Shown here: piece by piece, positions 30,225 to 42,989 of the stretch
Layout: every line of letters starts with the position of its first letter
Numbering within the stretch: the stretch's first letter is position 1
Assembly (NCBI GenBank): GCA_903889445.1
Contig: CAISXF010000005.1
Coordinates: 151,030 to 215,029, forward strand
Direction of reading: 5' to 3'
Source of the DNA: an uncultured Pseudomonadota bacterium
Lineage (GTDB): Bacteria > Pseudomonadota > Gammaproteobacteria > Methylococcales > Methylomonadaceae
DNA length: 64,000 bases
The notes under the pieces: model-generated
Told to the model about the DNA's origin: nothing
Databases searched by the model: none
The model's input: only the letters and a program-made list of their open reading frames with translations
Position numbers and translations under genes: made by a program

Positions 30225-30731
30225 TTAACCACTGATTTTATCAACAGATAAACCACGTTTTGCGGCAATTTGGTGAGCGTTATGCATTCCAGTTAGACCG
30301 TTAATCGTAGCACGAACCACGTTGATTGGATTATTCGTTCCGATACATTTCGCCAAAACATTATGCACACCAACAACTTCAAAAACCGCACGCATGACAC
30401 CACCTGCGATAATACCAGTACCTTCTGAAGCTGGCTGCATATAAATTTTTGCTGCGCCCGTCGTATTCGTAATAGCGTATTGAAGGGTATCGCCTTTTAA
30501 TTCCACTTTACGCATATTTTTACGCGCTTGCTCTAACGATTTTTGAATAGCGATTGGTACTTCACGAGCTTTACTAACACCGTAACCAACACGCCCTTCA
30601 CCATCACCGACAACAGTCAGAGCCGTAAAACCGAAAACACGACCGCCTTTTACTACTTTTGCGACCCGTCTAACGTTAACCAATTTTTCTTGTAAGCCGT
30701 CAGTCGAACCTTGAGTAGGTGCTGTAGCCAT
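30225..30731 (-). CDS. rpsE: 30S ribosomal protein S5
   Basis: 168 aa, ..[27 protein letters not shown].. Confidence 0.97.
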   Translation of the reverse strand: MATAPTQGSTDGLQEKLVNVRRVAKVVKGGRVFGFTALTVVGDGEGRVGYGVSKAREVPIAIQKSLEQARKNMRKVELKGDTLQYAITNTTGAAKIYMQPASEGTGIIAGGVMRAVFEVVGVHNVLAKCIGTNNPINVVRATINGLTGMHNAHQIAAKRGLSVDKISG

Positions 30732-30740
30732 TGTATTCTC

Positions 30741-31094
30741 CTAAAATTTCAAGCCCGCTTCACGAGCGGCATCTGCTAATGCTTTAACGCGACCGTGATA
30801 TTTAAATCCCGAACGATCGAACGCAACTTCAGTAACACCTGCTGCAATAGCTTTCTCTGCTATACGTTTACCTACAGCAATCGCAGCTGCGATGTTGCTC
30901 GTCCCCCTCAAATCGGCTTTTACCTCACACTGATTAGTAGAAACACTTGCAAGAGTTACAGTGCCATCACCGCTAATAATTTGCGCGTAAATGTGCTGCG
31001 ATGTCTTGTGAACTGATAACCGCGTGGCATTTAACTTTTTAATTTGACTACGCAGTTTTAACGCGCGTTTCATACGAGTTTGTTTCTTATCCAT
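30741..31094 (-). CDS. rplR: 50S ribosomal protein L18
   Basis: ATG 31094 gives 117 aa [18 protein letters not shown]... The 209-aa ORF-track version runs upstream across rplF. Confidence 0.93.
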   Translation of the reverse strand: MDKKQTRMKRALKLRSQIKKLNATRLSVHKTSQHIYAQIISGDGTVTLASVSTNQCEVKADLRGTSNIAAAIAVGKRIAEKAIAAGVTEVAFDRSGFKYHGRVKALADAAREAGLKF

Positions 31095-31104
31095 AACGCT
31101 ACCC

Positions 31105-31638
31105 TTATTTCTTCTTGGCTTCTTTTCTAGCGACATGCTCGTCTGAATAACGCACGCCTTTACCTTTATAAGGTTCAGGTGGTCGATAAGCGCGAATTTT
31201 TGCTGCAACCTGTCCAACAAGTTGCTTATCACTACCTTTAAGGACAATCTCGGTTTGAGTCGGTGTTTCCACGGAAACCCCTGCTGGGACTTCAAATTCA
31301 ACAGGGTGCGAAAAACCAAGCGACAAACTGAGAATACGCTCTTTCGCTTGCGCTCTATAGCCAACACCAACCAGAGTCAATTTTTTCTCAAAACCGACAG
31401 ATACACCGATTACCATGTTATTTACAATCGCCCTAGCCGTACCAGCTTGAGCAGTCGCATTTTTATCGTCTTTATTCCACCGCATAGAAATCAGGTTATC
31501 CGCAATCTCTACACTGACTAATGAATTAAAATCAAACGATTGTAAACCTTTACTACCTTTTACGGTTAGATTGTTGCCTTTAATTTCAACATCTACACCA
31601 CTTGGAATAGTAACGGGAGCTTTAGCAATTCTTGACAT
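31105..31638 (-). CDS. rplF: 50S ribosomal protein L6
   Basis: ATG 31638 gives 177 aa [22 protein letters not shown]... The ORF-track start 31689 overlaps rpsH. Confidence 0.93.
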   Translation of the reverse strand: MSRIAKAPVTIPSGVDVEIKGNNLTVKGSKGLQSFDFNSLVSVEIADNLISMRWNKDDKNATAQAGTARAIVNNMVIGVSVGFEKKLTLVGVGYRAQAKERILSLSLGFSHPVEFEVPAGVSVETPTQTEIVLKGSDKQLVGQVAAKIRAYRPPEPYKGKGVRYSDEHVARKEAKKK

Positions 31639-31651
31639 AACTACGCCTCTG

Positions 31652-32047
31652 TTAACAAACGGTGCAAATAACTTCGCCGCCATGTCCAATCGCGCGAGCG
31701 GCTCTATCGGTCATTACCCCATTTGAGGTTGATACGATAGCCACACCCAAACCGCCGAGAACTTTAGGCAACTCATCTTTTGATTTATAAATCCGTAAAC
31801 CTGGTCTACTGATTCGTTTAATGTTTTCGATAACCGGTGTACCTTTATAATACTTCAACTCAACAGTCATTTCTGTGTGACTGCCGTTGGTTTCGGTACC
31901 AAAATCCGTAATGTAACCTTCTTCTTTAAGTACTTTTGCAATAGATACTTTAAGTTTAGACGAAGGTTGTTTTATAAATTTTTTACCGGCAGATTGACCG
32001 TTTCTAATGCGTGTCAGCATATCCGCTACTGGATCTGTCATACTCAT
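31652..32047 (-). CDS. rpsH: 30S ribosomal protein S8
   Basis: 131 aa, [18 protein letters not shown]. Confidence 0.97.
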   Translation of the reverse strand: MSMTDPVADMLTRIRNGQSAGKKFIKQPSSKLKVSIAKVLKEEGYITDFGTETNGSHTEMTVELKYYKGTPVIENIKRISRPGLRIYKSKDELPKVLGGLGVAIVSTSNGVMTDRAARAIGHGGEVICTVC

Positions 32048-32079
32048 CGCTTAATTCTCCAAAATTGATCCAACAGAAG

Positions 32080-32385
32080 TTACCAGCTCGCCTTAACAAC
32101 ACCTGGTACATCACCACGCATTGTAGCTTCACGTAATTTATTACGACTCAAGCCGAACTTGCGGTAGTAACCGTGTGGGCGACCAGTTAAATTACAACGG
32201 TTACGCACCCTTGATGCACTGGAATCTCTTGGTAATTTTTGAAGCTGCAAATGCGCAGATTCTTTATCTTCAAAAGTGGCGTTAGGGTCTCTAATAATTT
32301 CTTTTAAAGATTTACGTTTAACATCGTACTTTTTAACTAACTGTTTACGCTTTTCTTCACGTGCAATCATTGATTTTTTTGCCAT
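32080..32385 (-). CDS. rpsN: 30S ribosomal protein S14
   Basis: 101 aa, [17 protein letters not shown].. ending ..PGVVKASW. Confidence 0.97.
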   Translation of the reverse strand: MAKKSMIAREEKRKQLVKKYDVKRKSLKEIIRDPNATFEDKESAHLQLQKLPRDSSASRVRNRCNLTGRPHGYYRKFGLSRNKLREATMRGDVPGVVKASW

Positions 32386-32400
32386 AATCTATCACCCTTC

Positions 32401-32940
32401 TTACTGTTTAAATGGGAAATTAAACAACTTCAACAACGCTAAGCCTTCTTCGTTAGTTTGGGCAGTTGTCGTGATAGTGATGTCCATACCGCGCAACATG
32501 TCGATTTTGTCGTAATCAATTTCAGGAAAAATAATTTGTTCTTTCACCCCCATCGAATAATTACCGCGACCGTCGAAACTTTTTGGATTTAATCCTCTAA
32601 AGTCACGAACTCGTGGAATGGAGACGCTAATCAAGCGATCCAAAAATTCGTACATTTTGTCACTACGCAGCGTAACCTTACACCCAATAGGCATATCGTC
32701 ACGAATTTTAAATCCTGCAATAGACTTCCGTGCCAGCGTAATCACAGGTTTTTGACCTGCAATTTTTTCCATGTCACTGACCGCAAACTGCAATACCTTT
32801 TTGTCTGCTACTGCTCCACTCACACCCATGTTAAGAGTGATTTTAGTAATCCGTGGTGCCTGCATTACAGATTTATAACCAAACTGCTCAACAAGAGCAG
32901 GACGAACAGATTCTTTGTATACCGATTCTAATCTAGCCAT
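32401..32940 (-). CDS. rplE: 50S ribosomal protein L5
   Basis: 179 aa, [31 protein letters not shown]. Confidence 0.97.
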   Translation of the reverse strand: MARLESVYKESVRPALVEQFGYKSVMQAPRITKITLNMGVSGAVADKKVLQFAVSDMEKIAGQKPVITLARKSIAGFKIRDDMPIGCKVTLRSDKMYEFLDRLISVSIPRVRDFRGLNPKSFDGRGNYSMGVKEQIIFPEIDYDKIDMLRGMDITITTTAQTNEEGLALLKLFNFPFKQ

Positions 32941-32948
32941 GATTCACC

Positions 32949-33266
32949 TTAAGAGTCTACAACTTCATTAGTTGATTTGAAGTATCTGACTTTTTTTCCA
33001 TCTTCTAAGAATCTAAAGCCTACCCGATCTGCCTTTTTTGTTACAGGATTGTACAAACCCACGTTGGAGATTTCAATCGGCATATCTTTCACTACAAAGC
33101 CGCCCTGAACCCCTGCATTCGGATTAGGTTTTTGGCTTTTTCTGACCTGATTAATACCCTCAACAAGGATTTTATTATTTTTTAAGATTTGCGTAACAAG
33201 ACCGCTTTTACCTCGATCCTTGCCTATGCGAATGATAACTTCATCGCCTTTTTTAATTTTTTGCAT
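32949..33266 (-). CDS. rplX: 50S ribosomal protein L24
   Basis: 105 aa, [20 protein letters not shown]. Confidence 0.97.
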   Translation of the reverse strand: MQKIKKGDEVIIRIGKDRGKSGLVTQILKNNKILVEGINQVRKSQKPNPNAGVQGGFVVKDMPIEISNVGLYNPVTKKADRVGFRFLEDGKKVRYFKSTNEVVDS

Positions 33267-33282
33267 AATTCCTGCCTCGACC

Positions 33283-33651
33283 TTATAACACTTCAGGTGC
33301 TAATGAAATAATCTTCATAAACTTATCACCTCTAAGTTCACGCGTCACAGGACCAAAAATTCGTGTTCCCAATGGTTGCAGATTGTTATTTAAAATAACT
33401 GCTGCATTACCATCGAAACGAATAACAGAGCCATCAGGGCGACGCACACCTTTACGGGTACGAACTACTAAAGCGTTATAGACCTCGCCTTTCTTTACCC
33501 TACCACGGGGAATCGCATCTTTTATACTTATTTTGATGATATCACCAATACCTGCATAACGTCTGTGCGAACCACCGAGTACTTTGATACACATGACCTT
33601 TTTTGCACCACTATTATCGGCTACCTCAAGGTTAGTTTGCATCTGAATCAT
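33283..33651 (-). CDS. rplN: 50S ribosomal protein L14
   Basis: 122 aa, [27 protein letters not shown]. Confidence 0.97.
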   Translation of the reverse strand: MIQMQTNLEVADNSGAKKVMCIKVLGGSHRRYAGIGDIIKISIKDAIPRGRVKKGEVYNALVVRTRKGVRRPDGSVIRFDGNAAVILNNNLQPLGTRIFGPVTRELRGDKFMKIISLAPEVL

Positions 33652-33692
33652 GATTTATATTCCTAAATGTAAAATTTTAAGTGTAAGGTGAA

Positions 33693-33956
33693 CTATTTGT
33701 TAGTTCGCTCTAGCACTTCTACCAATTTAAACGTTTTGTGTTTTGACATTGGGCGACAAGATGTAATTGAGACAACATCGCCTTCCCGACAAGAATTTTC
33801 CTCATCGTGTGCCATCATCTTAGTCGAACGCTTAATATACTTCCCATAAACTGGGTGTTTTACTACGCGTTCAACTAGAACAGTAATGGTTTTGTCCATT
33901 TTGTTGCTAACAACACGTCCTGTAATAGTTCGTACTTTAGTCGAATTTTCACTCAT
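33693..33956 (-). CDS. rpsQ: 30S ribosomal protein S17
   Basis: 87 aa, ..[22 protein letters not shown].. Confidence 0.97.
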   Translation of the reverse strand: MSENSTKVRTITGRVVSNKMDKTITVLVERVVKHPVYGKYIKRSTKMMAHDEENSCREGDVVSITSCRPMSKHKTFKLVEVLERTNK

Positions 33957-33957
33957 A

Positions 33958-34149
33958 CTACGCTCTCACCATCTGATTTAACACAGTTTGAACGCGAGCC
34001 ACGTCACGTCGTACCTTTTTTACCTGAGCTGTTTTAGACAGCTGACCAGTACCCTTTTGCATCTGTAGAGTAAAACGCTCACGTGCCAACTCTACTAAAA
34101 GAGTTGACAACTCATCCCGTGATTTTTGGCGTAATTCACTTGCTTTCAT
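33958..34149 (-). CDS. rpmC: 50S ribosomal protein L29
   Basis: 63 aa, [21 protein letters not shown]. Confidence 0.96.
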   Translation of the reverse strand: MKASELRQKSRDELSTLLVELARERFTLQMQKGTGQLSKTAQVKKVRRDVARVQTVLNQMVRA

Positions 34150-34562
34150 TACATTATTGTCCGTACAGTAAATAGTGTTTTCAGTGGCAACTTAGCTGAT
34201 GCTAATGTAAACGCTTCACGAGCTAACTCTTCAGAAACGCCTTGAATCTCATACAACATTGCACCTGGACGAATCTGAGCAACCCAATACTCTACGTTAC
34301 CTTTACCTTTACCCATACGAACTGCCAAAGGCTTTTCAGTGATTGGTTTATCGGGAAACACACGAATCCAAATCTTTCCACCACGCTTAACGTGTCTAGT
34401 AATAGTACGCCTTGCTGATTCAATTTGCCGAGCAGTTAATCTACCTCGACTAACTGCTTTGAGACCAAACTCACCAAAACTAACGGACGAACCACGAACA
34501 GCGATGCCGTTATTTTTTCCCTTGTGTTGCTTGCGAAACTTTGTTCTTTTAGGTTGAAGCAT
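34149..34562 (-). CDS. rplP: 50S ribosomal protein L16
   Basis: 137 aa, [17 protein letters not shown]. Confidence 0.97.
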   Translation of the reverse strand: MLQPKRTKFRKQHKGKNNGIAVRGSSVSFGEFGLKAVSRGRLTARQIESARRTITRHVKRGGKIWIRVFPDKPITEKPLAVRMGKGKGNVEYWVAQIRPGAMLYEIQGVSEELAREAFTLASAKLPLKTLFTVRTIM

Positions 34563-34578
34563 CTTCTTGTTCCTTCAA

Positions 34579-35250
34579 CTATTTTTTAGATTCAGAATTA
34601 ATAGACGCTTTATGAGCATCTATATCAAACACTTCGCCTTTGAATATCCACACCTTAATGCCAATAATTCCATAAGTCGTATGTGCTTCGGCTGTTGCAT
34701 AGTCAATATCCGCACGTAAGGTATGCAGAGGAACTCGTCCTTCTCTATACCACTCACTACGCGCAATTTCTGCACCATTCAAACGACCACCCATGTTTAT
34801 CTTAATACCTTCAGCACCCAGACGCATAGTATTAGTTACAGCACGTTTCATTGCACGACGGTACATAATACGCTTTTCGAGCTGCTGAGCAACACCTTCC
34901 GCAACTAAATATGCATCTAATTCTGGTTTTCTGATTTCCTCAACATTGAGCTGCACCGGTACACCAATCATTTTTGCGATTTCTTGCTTTAAAACTTCGA
35001 TGTCTTCGCCTTTTTTGCCAATCACAATACCAGGACGCGCTGTGAAAATCGTAATTTGCGCATTATTTGCTAGTCGATTGATTTGAATACGACTTACAGA
35101 AGCATGTGCTAATTTTTTTCTTAAAAACTCTCTAATTTTTAAGTCTTGGTATAAGAAAGTGGAATAATCCTTGCTGCTTGCGTACCAACGCGAATTCCAA
35201 TCTTTAACAATACCTAGTCGGATGCCTGTTGGATGTACTTTTTGTCCCAT
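34579..35250 (-). CDS. rpsC: 30S ribosomal protein S3
   Basis: 223 aa, [24 protein letters not shown]. Confidence 0.97.
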   Translation of the reverse strand: MGQKVHPTGIRLGIVKDWNSRWYASSKDYSTFLYQDLKIREFLRKKLAHASVSRIQINRLANNAQITIFTARPGIVIGKKGEDIEVLKQEIAKMIGVPVQLNVEEIRKPELDAYLVAEGVAQQLEKRIMYRRAMKRAVTNTMRLGAEGIKINMGGRLNGAEIARSEWYREGRVPLHTLRADIDYATAEAHTTYGIIGIKVWIFKGEVFDIDAHKASINSESKK

Positions 35251-35259
35251 GTCAACTCC

Positions 35260-35595
35260 CTATTCGCTCTCTGCGACTTTAATGGTAATATGGCAGGTTC
35301 TTTTAAGGATATGGTTCGCACGACCTTTAGCTCTTGCCTTAAATCTTTTTAGTGTTGCCGCCTCATTAACGAAGACAGTAGACACTTTCAGCTCATCAAT
35401 ATCAGCACTTTCATTGTGCTCCGCATTGGCAACTGCTGATTCTAAAACTTTTTTTACAATAAATGCAGCTTTTTTTGGACTGAATTTCAAAATATTCAGT
35501 GCTTTTTCAACTGGGAGACCACGAATTTGATCGCAGACCAACCGAGCTTTCTGAGCAGATAAGGGTGCATTACTTAACTTTGCTGAAACTTCCAT
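35260..35595 (-). CDS. rplV: 50S ribosomal protein L22
   Basis: 111 aa, ..[32 protein letters not shown].. Confidence 0.97.
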   Translation of the reverse strand: MEVSAKLSNAPLSAQKARLVCDQIRGLPVEKALNILKFSPKKAAFIVKKVLESAVANAEHNESADIDELKVSTVFVNEAATLKRFKARAKGRANHILKRTCHITIKVAESE

Positions 35596-35603
35596 CGTTC
35601 ATC

Positions 35604-35876
35604 CTACTTAGATTTCTTGTCAGCCACATGACCTTTATAGGTTCGGGTGGGTGCAAATTCGCCTAATTTATGACCCACCATGTTCTCAGTAACGAGAACG
35701 GGGATGTGTAACTTTCCATTATGTACTGCAATGGTCAAGCCTAACATATCAGGAATAATCATTGATCGTCTAGACCAGGTTTTAATCGGTTTCCTACTAC
35801 TGTTTTTTACAGCATCCTCAATTTTTTTAAAGAGATGATGATCAATAAAAGGACCTTTTTTAATTGAACGCGGCAC
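35604..35876 (-). CDS. rpsS: 30S ribosomal protein S19
   Basis: 90 aa, [20 protein letters not shown]. Confidence 0.97.
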   Translation of the reverse strand: MPRSIKKGPFIDHHLFKKIEDAVKNSSRKPIKTWSRRSMIIPDMLGLTIAVHNGKLHIPVLVTENMVGHKLGEFAPTRTYKGHVADKKSK

Positions 35877-35894
35877 GTTAATTCCTTCTCTATT

Positions 35895-36716
35895 TTACTT
35901 ACGACGTCTGATAATCATACTATCAGTACGTTTGTTCTTTCTTGTTTTGTAGCCTTTAGTTGGCACCCCCCAAGGTGAAACAGGATGTCTACCACCTGAA
36001 GTTCGACCTTCGCCACCGCCATGCGGGTGATCCACTGGGTTCATAACAACACCACGAACGGTTGGTCTAATTCCGCGCCACCGTGACGCTCCTGCTTTAC
36101 CTAAAGAGGCTAAACTATGTTCAGAATTAGACACCTCACCGATAACAGCACGGCAATCTGCCAAAACTTTACGCATTTCGCCAGATCGCATTCTAATGGT
36201 TGCATGAACACTATCACGTGCAACCAATTGTACCGATGTTCCTGCACTTCTCGCAATCTGTGCACCCTTGCCAGATTTCAGCTCTACACAATGAACAGTA
36301 GCACCAACAGGGATATTACGCAATGGCATACAATTTCCGACCTTTACTGGCACAAATTCGGACGATATTACTTCTTGTCCAACTTCAAGTCCTTTAGGCG
36401 CGATAATATACCTACGCTCGCCATCGCGGAACAATATTAAAGCAATGTTCGCAGTTCTGTTAGGATCGTATTCAAATCGTTCCACAACAGCCGGGATGTC
36501 CAACTTGTTCCTTTTGAAATCGATAATACGATAATGCTGCTTGTGACCCCCACCGACGTGGCGTGTAGTAATTCGCCCGTTATTGTTACGACCACCTGTC
36601 TTACTTTTTTTCTGTAACAATGCAGCGAAAGGCTTGCCCTTGTGCAGCGCATCATTTTTAACCCGTACTACAAACCGTGATCCAGGTGAGGTCGGTTTTG
36701 ACTTTATAATCGCCAT
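35895..36716 (-). CDS. rplB: 50S ribosomal protein L2
   Basis: 273 aa, [17 protein letters not shown].. and ..[13 protein letters not shown].. Confidence 0.97.
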   Translation of the reverse strand: MAIIKSKPTSPGSRFVVRVKNDALHKGKPFAALLQKKSKTGGRNNNGRITTRHVGGGHKQHYRIIDFKRNKLDIPAVVERFEYDPNRTANIALILFRDGERRYIIAPKGLEVGQEVISSEFVPVKVGNCMPLRNIPVGATVHCVELKSGKGAQIARSAGTSVQLVARDSVHATIRMRSGEMRKVLADCRAVIGEVSNSEHSLASLGKAGASRWRGIRPTVRGVVMNPVDHPHGGGEGRTSGGRHPVSPWGVPTKGYKTRKNKRTDSMIIRRRK

Positions 36717-36745
36717 ATGGTTTACCGCTTCCTTTTCTATCTGAA

Positions 36746-37045
36746 TTAAGCCGTTGCGAATTCAATATCGTAACCGACCTTTAGCTTAACATAAGCTTTT
36801 TTCCAATCAGAACGCTTGCCTAAAGACTGTCCGAATCGCTTTTGTTTGCCTTTAACGTTTAACACACGCACGGCATCAACTTCTACATTAAACATCGCTT
36901 CGACTGCATTTTTAACTTGTTTTTTACTTGCATTACGCAGCACTCTAAAAACGATTTGCTTATCTTTTTCAGCTACAATTGTGCTTTTTTCAGAGATAAC
37001 AGGCACCTCTAAAATACGCGTTAGCTGGTATAAATTTGAACTCAT
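36746..37045 (-). CDS. rplW: 50S ribosomal protein L23
   Basis: ATG 37045 overlaps the rplD TGA (ATGA). 99 aa with ..[21 protein letters not shown]... The ORF-track start 37054 is a GTG three codons upstream. Confidence 0.9.
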   Translation of the reverse strand: MSSNLYQLTRILEVPVISEKSTIVAEKDKQIVFRVLRNASKKQVKNAVEAMFNVEVDAVRVLNVKGKQKRFGQSLGKRSDWKKAYVKLKVGYDIEFATA

Positions 37046-37653
37046 GCCAAACACTCCTCTAACTGCTCTAGTGCACTTGGTGTCACAATTATTTTGTCTG
37101 CTGCTACCAGGAGTACTGGACTCAAATTAGCTGCTTCAACGATTTGGACATAAGGAATATTTCTCGAGGCCAATGCCAAATTTTTGTCAACATTCCTAAC
37201 TACAATCAAAGTGCGCTTAGAGTCGAGTGCATTCAACTTTACGCTTAATTCTTTCGTTTTGGGTGTAGTCACCAAAACTTCGCTAGTAATAATCAAACGA
37301 TTTTGACGTAACAGTTCTGACAAAATTGAACGAATACCCACACGAAACATTTTTTTGTTCAATTTTTGATCATGGTTACATGGTCTAGCTGCGAAAGTTA
37401 CACCACCAGTCCGCCATAATGGGCTTCGTGTTGTACCAGATCTAGCACGACCTGTTCCTTTTTGGCGCCAAGGCTTAGCTCCGCCACCACTAACATCTGA
37501 ACGAGTTTTTTGTGCCTTAGTACCAGCACGCGCTCCCGCTAAATGACGAGTTACTAGCTGATGAACGAGAGTCTCGTTAAACGCTTGACCAAATACAGCT
37601 TCACTAACCTGCACTACATTGTTTTCGTTTAAAATTGGTATTTGTAATGCCAT
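37042..37653 (-). CDS. rplD: 50S ribosomal protein L4
   Basis: 203 aa with ..[19 protein letters not shown].. Confidence 0.97.
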   Translation of the reverse strand: MALQIPILNENNVVQVSEAVFGQAFNETLVHQLVTRHLAGARAGTKAQKTRSDVSGGGAKPWRQKGTGRARSGTTRSPLWRTGGVTFAARPCNHDQKLNKKMFRVGIRSILSELLRQNRLIITSEVLVTTPKTKELSVKLNALDSKRTLIVVRNVDKNLALASRNIPYVQIVEAANLSPVLLVAADKIIVTPSALEQLEECLA

Positions 37654-37656
37654 AAC

Positions 37657-38307
37657 TTAACCTATACGCTTCATTTTAGTGGCTGAGGTAATGACAACAC
37701 TTCCACCCTTAGCTCCAGGCACAGCACCCTTAACTAAAATTAGGTTTCGGGCTGCATCTATAGTATGAATAGTAAGATTTTGGATGGTCGTTTTACTAGC
37801 ACCTAAGTGACCTGCCATTTTTTTACCCTTAAAAACGCGCCCAGGAGTTTGACACATACCGATAGAACCAAGTACACGGTGCGATAACGAGTTACCATGG
37901 GTAGCATCTTGCATACTGAAATGGTGTCTTTTTACACCACCTGCAAAACCTTTACCTATGCTTGTTCCCTGTACGTCAATAACTTGACCTTCTGTGAAAA
38001 TACTTAGCGGCAATTCCGAACCCAATGTAAGCTCGGAGTGCTGCCCTTCTTCAATTCGAAATTCCCAAAGACCACGACCTGCCGTTACAGAAGCACATGC
38101 GTAATGTCCAGCCATTGCTTTATTTACTTTAGATGATTTTTTATCACCTGCTGCAACTTGAATTGCACAATAGCCATCTCTTTCAATATTTTTAATCTGT
38201 GTTACCCTGTTCGAGTCTATTTGCAATACAGTCACCGGAATTGATGATCCGTCATCACAAAAAACTCTGGTCATGCCACATTTACGACCAATAAGACCTA
38301 TTGACAT
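37657..38307 (-). CDS. rplC: 50S ribosomal protein L3
   Basis: 216 aa, [16 protein letters not shown]. Confidence 0.97.
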   Translation of the reverse strand: MSIGLIGRKCGMTRVFCDDGSSIPVTVLQIDSNRVTQIKNIERDGYCAIQVAAGDKKSSKVNKAMAGHYACASVTAGRGLWEFRIEEGQHSELTLGSELPLSIFTEGQVIDVQGTSIGKGFAGGVKRHHFSMQDATHGNSLSHRVLGSIGMCQTPGRVFKGKKMAGHLGASKTTIQNLTIHTIDAARNLILVKGAVPGAKGGSVVITSATKMKRIG

Positions 38308-38325
38308 TTGCCAATTCCTTTATTC

Positions 38326-38637
38326 TTAATTCAACTTGATTTGAACATCTACACCAGCTGCGAGATCCAATTTCATCAACGCATCTACAGTTTTTTCAGT
38401 AGGCTCAACAATATCTAACAGTCTTTTGTATGTTCTTAATTCATACTGATCACGAGCATCCTTATCTACATGCGGCGAAACGAGTATGGTAAAGCGTTCT
38501 TTTTTAGTAGGCAACGGAATAGGACCCTTAATTTGGGCACCTGTTCTTCTTGCTGTTTCTACTATCTCACTAGCCGATTGGTCAATCAATTTGTGATCAA
38601 ATGATTTTAAACGGATTCTGATAGTTTGATTAGACAT
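38326..38637 (-). CDS. rpsJ: 30S ribosomal protein S10
   Basis: 103 aa, [21 protein letters not shown]. Confidence 0.97.
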   Translation of the reverse strand: MSNQTIRIRLKSFDHKLIDQSASEIVETARRTGAQIKGPIPLPTKKERFTILVSPHVDKDARDQYELRTYKRLLDIVEPTEKTVDALMKLDLAAGVDVQIKLN

Positions 38638-38643
38638 AATTTT

Positions 38644-39834
38644 TTACTCAATAATCGATGCAACAACGCCTGCACCTACTGTACGACCACCTTCACGGAT
38701 TGCAAAACGCAAACCATCTTCCATCGCGATAGGTGAAATCAATCTGACCTTCACCGAAATATTATCGCCTGGCATTACCATCTCAACGCCATCTGGCAAC
38801 TCTACCGCACCTGTTACGTCAGTTGTTCTAAAGTAAAACTGTGGACGATAACCGTTGAAGAATGGTGTATGACGCCCACCCTCATCTTTAGACAAAATAT
38901 AGATTTCAGAGTTGAAGTAAGCGTGTGGCTTAATCGTTCCCTTGTGTGCCAAGACTTGCCCGCGTTCCACGTCATCGCGTTTTGTACCACGTAGTAACAG
39001 ACCAACGTTATCACCTGCTTCGCCTTGATCCAGTAATTTACGGAACATTTCAACGCCTGTACAAGTCGTTACAACAGTCGGCCGAATACCAACAATTTCA
39101 ACTTCTTGACCAACCTTAACTATACCACGCTCAATACGACCTGTAACAACGGTACCACGACCTGAAATCGAAAATACATCTTCGATTGGCATTAAGAATG
39201 CCCCATCGATAGCACGTTCCGGCAATGGAATATAAGTATCTAATGCTTCAACGAGCTTAATAACTGAAGGCATACCGATTGGACTTTCATCACCTTGTAG
39301 TGCTAACAAAGCTGATCCACGAATAATAGGTGTATCGTCGCCAGGAAACTCATACATATCGAGCAGCTCTCTGATTTCCATTTCGACCAACTCAATCAAC
39401 TCTTCATCGTCAACCATATCAGCTTTGTTTAAGAAAACGACAACGTATGGAACACCAACTTGGCGTGACAACAAAATATGTTCACGTGTTTGAGGCATTG
39501 GACCATCGGCCGCTGAACAAACCAGAATTGCACCGTCCATTTGAGCAGCACCAGTAATCATGTTTTTTACATAATCGGCGTGACCTGGACAATCAACATG
39601 TGCGTAGTGACGAGCTGTTGACTCATATTCAACATGTGAAGTAGCGATGGTAATACCACGAGCTCTTTCTTCTGGTGCGTTATCAATTTGATCAAACGCT
39701 TTCACTGCACCACCGTGCAATTTAGCCATGACACTAGTTAATGCTGCTGTTAAAGTAGTTTTGCCGTGATCGACGTGACCAATAGTGCCAACGTTGACAT
39801 GTGGTTTACTACGCGAAAATTTTTCTTTAGCCAT
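38644..39834 (-). CDS. tuf: Elongation factor Tu
   Basis: 396 aa, [31 protein letters not shown]. Confidence 0.98.
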   Translation of the reverse strand: MAKEKFSRSKPHVNVGTIGHVDHGKTTLTAALTSVMAKLHGGAVKAFDQIDNAPEERARGITIATSHVEYESTARHYAHVDCPGHADYVKNMITGAAQMDGAILVCSAADGPMPQTREHILLSRQVGVPYVVVFLNKADMVDDEELIELVEMEIRELLDMYEFPGDDTPIIRGSALLALQGDESPIGMPSVIKLVEALDTYIPLPERAIDGAFLMPIEDVFSISGRGTVVTGRIERGIVKVGQEVEIVGIRPTVVTTCTGVEMFRKLLDQGEAGDNVGLLLRGTKRDDVERGQVLAHKGTIKPHAYFNSEIYILSKDEGGRHTPFFNGYRPQFYFRTTDVTGAVELPDGVEMVMPGDNISVKVRLISPIAMEDGLRFAIREGGRTVGAGVVASIIE

Positions 39835-39862
39835 GAGTTACACCTTAAAATAATTCAAATTG

Positions 39863-41959
39863 TTACGAAAATTTCTTAATGATTGCTTCGGTTATATGCG
39901 CAGGCACTTCACCGTATTTTCCAAACTGCATACTGTATGTTGCTCGACCTTGAGTAGCTGAACGCAAATCTGTGGCATAACCAAAAATTTCCGATAACGG
40001 TACTTCGCAGTCAATTATTTTTGCTGACGCAGTGCCCTTCATTGCGTGAATTACGCCCCGTCGTTTACTAATATCACCGACAACATGCCCTATATATTCC
40101 TCTGGCGTTGTTATTTCAACACGCATTACCGGCTCTAACAAAATGGGATTCGCATTTTTAGCTGCCTCTCTAAAACACATGGCACCAGCAGTGCGAAAAG
40201 CAGAGTCACTCGAATCAATATCATGATAGGAGCCATCTAACAGTGTCACTTTTACATCTAAAATAGGATAACCCGCGATGATGCCACTTTTTAATTGATC
40301 CTGAATCCCTTTATCAATAGCTGGAATATATTGAGCTGGAACGCCCCCCACCGAAATAGCATTAACAAATTGATAACCGACACTACGTTCTTGGGGCTCT
40401 AGGCGCAAAAAAACGTGAGCATACTGCCCCTTTACTCCCATTTGACGAATAAATTTAGTCTCGTGTTCAACGACTCGTCGAATAGTTTCTCTATAAGCAA
40501 CATGCGGTGAACCAATATTTGCATCAACATTAAACTCCCTTTTCAAGCGATCAATGATAATGTCTAAATGCAATTCTCCCATTCCAGAAATAACTGTTTG
40601 CCCAGAATCAAAATCAATATTTGTTTTAAATGAAGGGTCTTCTTGTGCCAAGCATCTTAAGGCAGTAACCATCTTATCTTCATCACCCTTAGTCTTTGGC
40701 TCAATTGCAATTGAAATAACAGGCTCTGGGAAAACTATTTTCTCTAATATAATAGGCTCTTTATAATCACAAATCGTATCACCAGTAGTCACATCTTTGA
40801 GACCGATAATCGCAGCAATATCACCGGCAAAAACCTCTCTAACCTCTTCTCTACTATTAGAGTGCATTTGAAAAATTCGTCCAATTCGTTCACGCTTCAT
40901 TTTTGTAGAATTGTAGATAGTATCGCCAACGGCTAATACACCAGAATAAACCCTAAAGAAAGTCAACAATCCAACAAAAGGATCAGTAGAAATTTTAAAA
41001 GCCAAGGCTGAAAACGGCGTATCATCCTTCGCTAATCGCATTACCTTTACACTACTACTTTCTAATACACCCTCAATAGGTTTAACATCGACTGGTGATG
41101 GCAAATAATCCACGACTGCATCCAGCAGCGATTGAATACCTTTATTCTTAAAGGCAGACCCACAAAAAACTGGCACAATACGACCAGAAATTGTTAAAGT
41201 ACGAATACCACTTTTGATTTCATTATTTGTCAAAGCACCTGTTTCCAGATACTTATTCATTAGAAAGTCATTGGCATCAGCTGCCACTTCTGTCAGTTTC
41301 TCATGCCATTTCAAAGCCTCAACTGCTAGTTCAGAAGGTATATCTAAATCGTCAAAGGTCATTCCCATATCGGTATCGTGCCAACGAATAGCTCGCATAC
41401 TCAACAAATCAATAACCCCATCAAAAGAGTCCTCACGTCCTATTGGCATTTGCAATAGGATGGGGGATGTCGCTAAACGACTTTTAATTTGATTAACTGT
41501 ACCTAAAAAATCAGCACCCAACCGATCCATCTTGTTAATAAAAATTAGTCTCGGCACTTTATATTTGTCGGCTTGCCGCCAGACTGCTTCAGATTGTGGC
41601 TCGACCCCCCCAACCGCGCAAAAAATAGCACAAGCTCCATCCAAAATCCGCAGCGACCGCTCAACTTCGATTGTAAAGTCAATATGTCCAGGAGTATCAA
41701 TTATATTGATATGGTGTCGCTCATACTGACCATACATCCCACTCCAGAAACATGTTATAGCTGCCGCAGTAATTGTAATGCCTCGCTCTTTCTCTTGCAC
41801 CATCCAGTCCATGACTGCTGAGCCATCATGAACCTCCCCCATTTTATGAGAAGTTCCTGTGTAATACAAAATACGCTCAGTTGTTGTAGTTTTCCCTGCA
41901 TCAATATGAGCCATAATACCTATATTTCGGTAAAGCTCCATCAGCGTTTTACGAGCCAC
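39863..41959 (-). CDS. fusA: Elongation factor G
   Basis: 698 aa, ..[22 protein letters not shown].. Confidence 0.98.
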   Translation of the reverse strand: MARKTLMELYRNIGIMAHIDAGKTTTTERILYYTGTSHKMGEVHDGSAVMDWMVQEKERGITITAAAITCFWSGMYGQYERHHINIIDTPGHIDFTIEVERSLRILDGACAIFCAVGGVEPQSEAVWRQADKYKVPRLIFINKMDRLGADFLGTVNQIKSRLATSPILLQMPIGREDSFDGVIDLLSMRAIRWHDTDMGMTFDDLDIPSELAVEALKWHEKLTEVAADANDFLMNKYLETGALTNNEIKSGIRTLTISGRIVPVFCGSAFKNKGIQSLLDAVVDYLPSPVDVKPIEGVLESSSVKVMRLAKDDTPFSALAFKISTDPFVGLLTFFRVYSGVLAVGDTIYNSTKMKRERIGRIFQMHSNSREEVREVFAGDIAAIIGLKDVTTGDTICDYKEPIILEKIVFPEPVISIAIEPKTKGDEDKMVTALRCLAQEDPSFKTNIDFDSGQTVISGMGELHLDIIIDRLKREFNVDANIGSPHVAYRETIRRVVEHETKFIRQMGVKGQYAHVFLRLEPQERSVGYQFVNAISVGGVPAQYIPAIDKGIQDQLKSGIIAGYPILDVKVTLLDGSYHDIDSSDSAFRTAGAMCFREAAKNANPILLEPVMRVEITTPEEYIGHVVGDISKRRGVIHAMKGTASAKIIDCEVPLSEIFGYATDLRSATQGRATYSMQFGKYGEVPAHITEAIIKKFS

Positions 41960-41973
41960 AGCGAACGACCAGC

Positions 41974-42444
41974 CTACCAGCGATAGTGTGAAAAAGCTTT
42001 GTTAGCATCAGCCATTCGATGAGTATCTTCACGCTTTTTAACTGCGGAACCACGACTTTCAAAAGCGTCCATCAACTCGCCTGCTAATTTTGCTGCCATA
42101 GTACGCTCGTTCCTTTTCCGTGCCGCATCAATCAACCAACGCATAGACAATGCCAAACGACGAGTCGGGCGTACCTCAACAGGTACTTGATAAGTCGCAC
42201 CTCCGACACGTCGGGACTTAACTTCAACACGAGGCTGAACGTTCTCTAACGCTTTAGAAAGAATATCTAGTGGTGATTCATGCCCCCTGCGTTCGATTAC
42301 TTCTAACGCACCATAAATAATACTTTCGGCAACTGATTTTTTGCCGCTTTCCATAATCATATTCATAAACTTGGTCAGCATAACACTCCCAAACCTTGAA
42401 TCAGGAATAATTTCTCTTTTTGTAGCTATTCTTCTTCTAGACAT
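41974..42444 (-). CDS. rpsG: 30S ribosomal protein S7
   Basis: 156 aa, [19 protein letters not shown]. Confidence 0.97.
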   Translation of the reverse strand: MSRRRIATKREIIPDSRFGSVMLTKFMNMIMESGKKSVAESIIYGALEVIERRGHESPLDILSKALENVQPRVEVKSRRVGGATYQVPVEVRPTRRLALSMRWLIDAARKRNERTMAAKLAGELMDAFESRGSAVKKREDTHRMADANKAFSHYRW

Positions 42445-42461
42445 TTATTTACCAAGTAAAA

Positions 42462-42836
42462 TTAGCTTTTAGGACGCTTTGTTCCATACTTAGAACGCCC
42501 ACACTTTCTATTATTTACACCAGAGGCATCTAAACTCCCGCGCACCACATGATACCTTACACCTGGCAAATCTTTAACCCGCCCACCGCGTATTAAAACA
42601 ACAGAATGCTCCTGAAGGTTATGTCCTTCACCACCTATGTAACTACTCACTTCAGAGCCATTAGTCAGCCGAACGCGTGCAACCTTCCTAAGAGCCGAAT
42701 TTGGCTTTTTGGGCGTGGTGGTATAAACACGAGTACATACGCCACGACGCTGAGGACAAGCTTCCAAAGCCGGAACATTACTTTTTTCTATTTTTTTAGC
42801 CCTAGGCTTGCGAACCAACTGATTAATTGTCGCCAT
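42462..42836 (-). CDS. rpsL: 30S ribosomal protein S12
   Basis: 124 aa, [25 protein letters not shown].. Confidence 0.97.
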   Translation of the reverse strand: MATINQLVRKPRAKKIEKSNVPALEACPQRRGVCTRVYTTTPKKPNSALRKVARVRLTNGSEVSSYIGGEGHNLQEHSVVLIRGGRVKDLPGVRYHVVRGSLDASGVNNRKCGRSKYGTKRPKS

Positions 42837-42989
42837 ATTTCCACTCCAAAATAACTTTATATTTCCCGTCTTCTCTGCGAGAGAAGTTGCTTGATAGTGC
42901 GTTACTTCAATCGCGCGAGTAAACTTACCGGGCAGCCATAGCTAACTGTAGGTTGATATGATACTACACTATTTAATACTAGGTCAAGT

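Noticed and set aside
30741-31689. Long ORF-track versions of rplR (209 aa) and rplF (194 aa), and of rpmD (76 aa, 30038-30268)
   Set aside because: The N-terminal extensions overlap the upstream ribosomal genes and have no homology. Internal ATGs give the canonical protein lengths and N-termini.
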